DNA of 58,775 nt, filler included, from Sphacelaria rigidula (Eukaryota): the NCBI GenBank assembly GCA_964200075.2. It is 6 parts of 6 records of this genome, joined end to end, with 100 filler letters (N's around TTAATTAATTAA, not from the genome) between each part and the next. Parts side by side here need not be neighbours in the genome. Positions count along the whole stretch, not along the records: positions 49,064 to 58,775 come from CAXNAA020007918.1; 5 more parts are not named here. One strand, given 5' to 3'. The translations under genes were made by a program, and so were the position numbers. The notes below the pieces were generated by a model. The model worked only from the letters and a program-made list of their open reading frames with translations. It was not told the origin of the DNA and searched no databases. This document shows positions 50,947-58,775 of this stretch, in pieces; within the stretch, counting starts at the first letter, position 1, and the number at the start of each line of letters is the position of its first letter.

Positions 50947-53900
50947 CTCCTTCATCTCCCTCAAAAGCATAGCGGCTTGCTCGTTCCGCCCTTCACCTGC
51001 GCAGGCAGAGATGGCCGCAGCATAACTGGTGGCGGTCGGCTCAATACCGACCGTCTGCATCTCCCGAAACAGTCCCAATCCCAGGTCCCACTGCCGCCCC
51101 GCCCCGCAAGCCAAGATCGTGGAGGTATAGCTGTCCTCCGAGGGTCGGAGGCCGACGGTGGGCATCTCCCTCAACAGCGCCAAGGCGAGCTCCCACTTGC
51201 GAGCCTTGCCGCAGGCCGTTATGGCTGCGTTGTAGCAGAATCGATGGGGGGGCACCCCGTCCTCCCTCATTTCTCTCAAAAGGTTTCTGGCTTGCTCCCA
51301 CCCCCGTTGGTCGGCGCACGCGGATATCACCGAGGTGTACGTGAGACTGTTCGGTCTCAAGTTCGAGCCCGTGGGTTTGCTCCTCATCTCCCTCACCAGC
51401 TCCAACGCTCTTCCTAGTTCTCCCGCAACGCGGCACGCGTCGATGCAGGAGTTGTAGCTGGCCACATCCGGCTCGATGCCCACGTCCGGCATCTCCCTCA
51501 ACAGGCTCAGAGCCAGATCCAACTGTCCGGCGTTTCCGCAGGCCACCATGGCAGCATTGTAGCATATGGTATTCGGTGAGACGGTGGGGGTACGCATCTC
51601 TCTCAAGAGAGCCAAGGCTCGCTCCCACTCGTGCGCGTTTGCGCACGCCGAAATGACAGCGCTGTACACGTGGGCGTCGGGGCTTACCCCTGCTTCCGTC
51701 ATATCGGCTAGCAGGACTAACGCAGTCTTCCACTCGCCCGCGTCCTTGCAGACGTTTATCGCCGCGCTGTAGCTGTAGACGGACAGGCGGATATCCGCCT
51801 TCCGGAGCTCCCGCAAGAGGGCTACTGCTTGTTCCCACTGCCCGTCACGTCCCGTCGCTGTGATGCATCCGCTGAATCTAAAGCTATCGAGATCGAGCTG
51901 GGTCGTCGCCAGCTCTCGTAGGAGGCTCGCCACTTGCTCCCACTGGTCTGCCTTCGACAGAGCCGTTATCGCCGTGCCGTAGGCTATCTCGTTGGGGGTG
52001 ACGTTCACAGTCAGCATTTCTCGCAAGAGGCCCAGGGCCTGCCGCCAGTCCCCCGCTTGACCGCACGCAAACATCGCGGCGCTGTAGCTGATCACGTCCG
52101 GGTCGAGCCCCGCCTCGGGCATCTCCCTCAAAAGATCGACCGCCTGTTTCGCCTCACCGCAGTTCCCGCACGCAGACAGCACGGTATTGTACGTCACCAC
52201 CCCGGGGCGGACGCCGGCGGCGGCAGCCATATCTCGGAGGAGGCCCAGCGCTTGCTCCCATCGGTTGCCCGTCTTGCAAGCCGCGATGGCTGCGTTGTAG
52301 CAGTCGTCGTCTCGGTCTATACCCGCGCGCGGCATCTCTTTGAATAATTGCAGGGCTCGTTCCCACTGCCCGCTGTTTCCGCACGCTCGAATAGTGTACA
52401 GATAGCTTGATCGCTCTGGGGGCGGGGAAGGGGCCACCGATCCAACTCCCATCTCTTTCAGGACCCCCATCGCCGTTTCCCACTTTCCGTCCTTTACACA
52501 GCTGCGTAGCACCATATCGTAGCACTTTCTGTCCGGCGGAATCCCGGCTGCCTGCATCTCTCTCAGCAGGGACAGCGCCTCTTGCCATCTGCTGCAACTG
52601 CCGCAGACTTCAAGCGCACAGGCATACACGGAGGCATTGGGGATTACGCCCGCGTCTGTCATGTCGCGGAGGAGCGCCAGTGCCTTTTCCCACTGGTGGT
52701 CATTCCCGCACGCCTTGATAGCCATACCGAACGCCACGTCGTCCGGCGGGATACCCGCCGATGACATTTCTTGTAGCAGCTGCATCGCCTCCTCCGAGTA
52801 CCCCTCTACTTTCCCGCACGCCACCATTGCAGAGGTATAGGTCAACAACTCTGGCTTCACACCTACACCCGGCATCTCCCTAAGGAGACCCAGGGTCTGC
52901 TCCGCATTTCGGCTGTCACAGGTCGCCGACATGGCTGCATTGTAGCTAACCGTGTTCGGGGCGATCCCCTTTGCCGTCATTTCTCTCAGTAGAGACAGGG
53001 CCATCTCCACCTGAGAGCAACGCCGGCACGCCGTGATGCACGTGTTGTATGTGCATGCATTGGGCGCTATCCCCACCGTCGACATCTCCCGCAGAAGTTC
53101 CAAAGCCATCTCCCACTTCTTAGCCCTAGAGCAAGCCGCCAGGGCCGAGTTGTAGCTGGTCGTCGAAGGCGAAATCCCAACATCCGGCATCTCCCTGAAA
53201 AGCGCGACAGCTTGCTCCCAGTCGCCTACTTTCCCGCACGCAGACAACGCCCCATTGTAACTGTACAGATCCGGCGCCAAACCCTTCTCAGGCATTTCCC
53301 TGAGCAGGGCGAGGGCATCTTGACACCGCAAGACTTTGGCGCAAGCCGATATGACCATGTTGTAAGTAACAGCGTTGTATTTTATCCCCCGCTGTCTATT
53401 TGATTCGAACACCTCCAAAGCTCGCTCATACTCCCCGGCTCTCATACACGCATCGAGGGCGCAGTTGATGCAGTAGGCATCCGGATCCACGCCCGCACTG
53501 TGCATCCTCTCCAGTACGTTGACCGCCTGTGGCCATCTCTTGCCTTTCGCAAAGAAGGCCAGACAGACGCCGTACATGTGGAGCATTCCTGCGACGCGCC
53601 CGGATTTCGACGCCAGCGATATGATGTGCTTCTCTGCCGCATCGAGCTCTTGCAGAGCTCGTTTCCAGTTCGATAATGGCAACAACTTGACCGTTTTCAC
53701 GAAGCGGCGGTGGGTGGCGAAGATCTCCCTGCTTGCGTTCACTTTGCCCCTGCTGCTGCGTGTACCACCCCCCCCCCGTTGTGACCACTTCGCTTTGCGT
53801 GCTATTGCTATTGTTGATTGGCCGCTGTCCTCTAGTGATAATCTACCAACAATTTGAGCGCCTATGCTTGGAAACCATCGTTTGATGTTGCAATGAAGTG

Positions 53901-54888
53901 GTGCCCCGACGCGGATTGCAGCACCAACAAAATGGGGGATGCGCGACAGAGACATAGATTTGACGGGCGCGCGCGCGGGGGGGGGGGGTTGAAGGAGGGT
54001 TTTCGGGGTAGTTGCGCATGATCATGGGTGTGTGTGTGTGATGAAACAGACAGAAGAATGACCAGTGAGACAGCTTCGTTTTGATAACACAAGTTCTGGG
54101 CTGATATACAGCGTGCGGGGAGAGTTTTCTTGCCGGTGTTCTACAATCAAAGGCCGGCTTGTTGTGGTCCGGGGGAACACGGATAAGGAGGATTAGGGTA
54201 CGTCCAAACTACTGCAGAAAAAAACACATCGGGGTTGCTGACTGCGCCAATTTCGCCCACCGCGCACGGTATCACGGTGTACTGCAGCCATAGCAAGGAT
54301 CCATGGGTACTCGAACGAGACCTACACAGACGGCAGTAGGCGGAGAAACGCTTCCACACTGTGGGCAGGCTCTACTGCAATTGAGTCGACAGTAGCGAAT
54401 TGCCAGGTGTGGCGGCGTCCGCTTTTTCGCCAGAAACTCATAGGGGGTGTTATACACCATCACTTTAAGGACTGTATGCACATGATACTGCTGCGGCAGA
54501 GGAAAAAAACATGCGCAGCACCTCACGCCCACCCAGTTGAGCATACACCATACACACCTTCAGTGATCCCCGGCCGCCGAATCACTCCTAGTTTTCCCGA
54601 AACACGTCGGTCATCAATCTCGTTCGCCTGAGAGCTCAATACCGACTCTCTTCTACCAGCAGTGCGCACGCTTGCAGCAGCAGCGGGCTCGGCCGCGTGT
54701 GGCCGCCGCTGCCATACCAAGCCGTGGCGGTCCAGCTGCGGCGATCGATATTTGGGGTTGAGGAGGCGGACATTTTCTTGTGTAGGAATGGATGAAGGTA
54801 TGAACGCCGTGAGTTTCATTATTGGCATCAGGATATAGCAGGTGTGGGATATACATACGTGCTGTGAATGCCGTGTGAGGAGCATCAT
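50947..54888 (-). CDS. P-class pentatricopeptide repeat (PPR) protein, about 25 repeats, probably plastid-targeted
   Basis: ORF 50830-53955 contains 25 tandem ~35-aa motifs (e.g. SYNGALSACGKVGDWEQAVALFREMPDVGISP). Preferred model: exon 54888-54558 (donor G|gtgtgt, phase 1) spliced to 53861-50947 (acceptor catag|GC, donor GAG|gtatgg). The PPR identity is clear; the upstream exon is less certain, and ATG 53955 is the alternative start. Confidence 0.9.
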
Positions 54889-55520
54889 GCACCTTGGGGC
54901 TCCGTCCGGAGGTTTGTCTTGGTTACAGTATTGTTGCGGGTCTGAACAACAGACCAGTACACACTGATTTCCAACAAATAATGACAAACAAATATAGCGA
55001 TCAACTTTAATTGTTGCAATAGTTTGTCCACATGGCGAGCTACCGCAGTCACCGGTACAGGCTAGGGGGAGGACGACTCTGCTGCGGTCTCTGCTGGGGA
55101 AGCACAGGACAAGAAACAGGTCAGGTAAGTCATAATCATTTTTCATTATAGTGTATCCCCTGTTATTCTGAACATGTAAAACGCCGTGTAAAAATGTATG
55201 ACCAACGGGCAGCAGGAGCACATCACTGCACATGTGAACTCATGGTCTGTAACTTGAAAGCTCATGATGCTCATGGTAGCCACCGCCTAACTGCATGTTT
55301 GCGATTTTCTTGGCAGTGTCCAACCAACACCACCGAATGACGTCTATACGATAGCGATATCTGAATCTATTGCGTCTACGTTGTTCGACTTTGACCGCCG
55401 TCGCTCAGAACCTGACTTATTTCTCGATGCTCGTCTGCGTACGATATCCGTCGGTCCTCCTTGCATATGTGCTCTCTTCCTCCGCTATCAAGGGCCCACA
55501 TTTTTCACTGCAACACGTCC

Positions 55521-58500
55521 ATGCCTAGGCGCCAACACCAACATGGGTTGCTTTGCTTGCTAGGCAAGCGGGCGTACGCAGTAATCATACTGCCGATGGC
55601 CGTGAATTCGTTCGTCACGCCTATGGTGGCGCATCGTTTCGGTAGTGGATGCCTTGCGAGGACTGCCGCGAAATCAGCAGTACTGGCGATGTCAGCACCA
55701 GGAGGCGGCAGCAGTGCCAGGACGTGAGCCAGTGATGAATACATATTATAGTGTACTCTGCACGAAGGGTACAGCACGGTGCCCTGTAGAAAATGGTCGA
55801 CTCTTGTTGTGAGGGACTCTCTGCAAGATGCACGCTAGGTACTACTCTCTCGCTTGGGTGGGACCAGAAGTTCAACATGAAACCAGCCAGGCGGGGGAAG
55901 GGGCAGAGGAGGGGGGTCTTACTGGAAAAATCATATCAAAATCATTACCGAGTTATTGTATGATGGTCGACACTTCACTAAAATCAAGTAGTTTTAGGTC
56001 CTACTGAGACCATGTCTTGTCCCTTAGACAGCAAGCGTCGCTTCGGAACAGTTTCACAGGCTGACAGTCAAGGTACATCTGGGGGTTTCCAGGGGGCGGG
56101 GGGCGGGGGGGGGGGGGGGTGACAGGGGGTAGGAACCAGATCGATTAACAGCTGACAAGATCGTCATGTCAACCGTTTGCATCTTGAGGTTTCCCGCGGA
56201 AATTTTGAACCATGAACGACGCCCGGGATACGCGGAGTGACCATTCTGACCAATCACGGTTTTTGAAATGGTCAATTCGTTCCCCTGCAGATGGATCACA
56301 GATGGACTACTTCGCTGTCTAGCCGTATTTCTTATGTTGGTCGTGACAATCCAACCATAAAACGCATAGGCACAGTTGACGTGCTTTGTACTCTGCTCGT
56401 GGCCTGTGTCGCCTGCCTGGCCCCTCGTGTGTTGCCAGCATAGTTTCACACTGTACTGTTTGTAGTGTTGTGAAACATTACTCAGTGGCATCAGCAGCAT
56501 GCATTGGACCGTGTTCAGTGGAGAGCGATGACAAGCTGACTTTTTCTTGCTGTTGTGTCCAGCGAAGACATACAGCACACATACTGCCTCTGCGCGCTGG
56601 GGTCAAAACCGGCCAGGGGTTCTGCCGGGCTATTTTCTGATTATTTGCCCAACATCCAGATGCTCATGGAAAAAGGCGTTTTGTGCAACGAGAAAGCAGC
56701 CGCTCCGAACCCCACATGTGGCATACCGTAGTTCATCTGAGTCCATCGAGGGGGGTTCGCTGTCTGAGGGTTAAGATAGCTCGATACTAAAACCAAGTAG
56801 TTTGATGTAATGGGCACTGTAATGCAAGGCGGGTTCTCATCAAAGGGGACGATCCCTCTTCAAAAGAGCACTTTTGGAAGAAAAAAAAACGGCCGGTGAT
56901 TAGTCGCTGCGATACCATCCACCGAAAAAAAGCGTCCCAAAATCTCTTGTGCAAGAGGGATTTAGGGTGCACGGAGAAGAGGAGCATAAGTGTCCCGTCG
57001 ACAGCATGTATGTTCACGCTTGCTACACAATCCAACACAACCGGAGGTGGACCCGGGGAACGCTTTTATTGCCCCCGCGAACCAGAAATACAAAGCTACA
57101 AGCCGTAGCCGGTCATCAGCTGAGCGCGTTGTGCGTGACCTTGTTCAAATCTGTTGAGGAGTCAACGAGAACAATGATGATTTCTGTCAGACGCACACAA
57201 AGGGTCAGGAACGGTATGTTTTCGGTTGAAATTTGGCATACCCGCGGCGGTCCTTTCCTCCGAAACAAAACGGATTTCCGTCAAACAAGGACTGCCGTTT
57301 GTAGATGAGCAAAGGACAGCACTAGAGCTAGTACGTGTGAGTGGTGGGTGTCTGGTCATGTTTTTAGGTTCTGCAAAGCGGTGGCGTCGTGGACTTTTAG
57401 CCGACCGAGCCTGAACTGGATGATACGGCCGTTTTTCCTGGTTTGCGGTGTTTCATAACTACAAACAAGGGGAGGGGAGGGAAGACACACGGTGTCATGT
57501 TTTTTTTAGATGATATTAGTCACTACGTGAAGAGTTTCGGAAAGCGCTTTTTTCTGTCATTTCAGAGTGCAAATATCTGAGGATCAGAGTGTAACGAAAA
57601 GTTGCAAGGTTGTGTTCTGTAAGGTACGGTGTTCTGTATACCCGGGGTATTTTTCCGGGTATGTACCGTACCCGACTGTTCTGTGACTTCTGTAAGACTT
57701 TCATACCGGTACCCGACAGTTCTGTAATCTCTGTGAGACTTTCATACCCATACCCGATAATTCTGTAATCTCTGCACAATGCATTTACCCGAACCCGAAG
57801 GGCGGGTATACCCGAAAAGAGTTACCCGATTGCCGGTACCAGTTCTCTGTAAGGCTCCCATACCGTACCCGATGAGTTCTGTAAAATCTGTAAGACTTTC
57901 ATACCGGTACCCGACACTTCTGTAAGTTCTGTACATAACATTTACCCGAACCCGAGGGGCGGGTATACGCAAAAAGAGTTACCCGACTGCCGGTATCGGT
58001 TCTCTGTACGCCTCCCGTACCGTACCCGNNNNNNNNNNGTTACCCGACTGCCGGGATCGGATCTCAGTAAGCCTCCCGTACCGTACCCGACAAGTTCTGT
58101 AAAGTCTGTAAGACTTTTATACCGGTACCCGACGGTTCTGTAAACTCTGTGAGTTGTACAGTAGGAATTTTACACAGGTCGATGATCTAGATGACCACGG
58201 CATGCAAGACCATGAGTACATGGGTACACCCACCCTCCGTTGTCCTTCTGACCTACACGTACTCAGGTGCGGGAAACACACGGTGGGTGATGAGGAGTGT
58301 GTGCAGAGCGTATGGTCTTCACCGTCTCCAATTTCGCGATTTTCGGCGACCGCGAGTGCGAAGGCTCGTCAAACCGCCATGTTTGCCAGTACTGCGGGAA
58401 CCGTAGTCGAGGAGACGGTGACGGAGGTACAAGAGGAAAAGTTCGATCTGGAGAGATACTCGCGTGCGTTCGTGGCGAAGCTGACGGCGATGAGCAAGGT

Positions 58501-58555
58501 CAATAATCAGCAGTGGGGCGCCGTCATGAGAGAGTTCAAGAAGGCTGATGCAGAG
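55521..58555 (+). CDS. Probable plastid-targeted protein, likely a second PPR-type gene, 5' part (2 exons, truncated)
   Basis: Exon 55521-55723 (MPRRQHQHGLLCLLGKRAYAVIILPMAVNSFVTP..., donor AC|gtgagc, phase 2) joins in frame to 58267-58555 (acceptor ctcag|G, donor GAG|gtgac). The end RAFVAKLTAMSKVNNQQWGAVMREFKKADAE resembles the pre-repeat segment RRFVKTVKLLPLSNWKRALQELDAAE of the neighbouring PPR. Confidence 0.55.
57603..58152. repeat. Intronic repeat element built from GTACCCG / TTCTGTAA motifs
   Basis: Multiple copies of ttctgtaagactttcataccggtacccgac and atttacccgaacccga.gggcgggtatac. Confidence 0.8.
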
Positions 58556-58775
58556 GTGACTTGTGAAAAAAAAAGAAGCAGAACAACGTAAAACAGGATC
58601 AAAAACTTTGAAACTGGCTCGTGTGTATCAATATTTCAGTTGTTTCTTTTTCTTTTTCTTTTCCTCACACTTTGAACCCCTCCCCTCTTTCGGGATGAGT
58701 CCGTGGTCTCAAGGGATCAACCCATCTCTCCCCCCGTACGTGCCTTTCATTTTGATCTCGACTACTTTTGTTTAC

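Overview
Eukaryotic, intron-rich genomic DNA with the gene style and repeat content of a brown alga or related stramenopile (the lineage is inferred). The window is not one locus. It is six contigs of almost identical length (9713, 9713, 9713, 9712, 9712, 9712 bp) joined by 100-nt linkers (N44-TTAATTAATTAA-N44), so adjacency across linkers is meaningless and most genes are partial. Contig 1: head-to-head NhaC-like Na+/H+ antiporter (5' part, minus) and USO1/p115 (5' part, plus, first intron GC-AG). Contig 2: seven exons of a divergent myosin. Contig 3: essentially repeats (tRNA-derived SINE, foldback elements, tandem and inverted repeats, degenerate ORFs). Contig 4: a minus-strand gene with at least eight consecutive phase-0 exons, each encoding one copy of an 'LFRGWSRLCxH' repeat; this is the most novel-looking feature. 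Contig 5: COX11 last exon, an intronless Asn- and His/Gly/Arg-rich protein, tRNA-Asn(GTT) and several TIR elements with visible target-site duplications. Contig 6: a 25-repeat PPR protein and a probable second, divergently transcribed PPR-like gene, both with heterokont plastid-type leaders. All calls were made by eye, with no database search.
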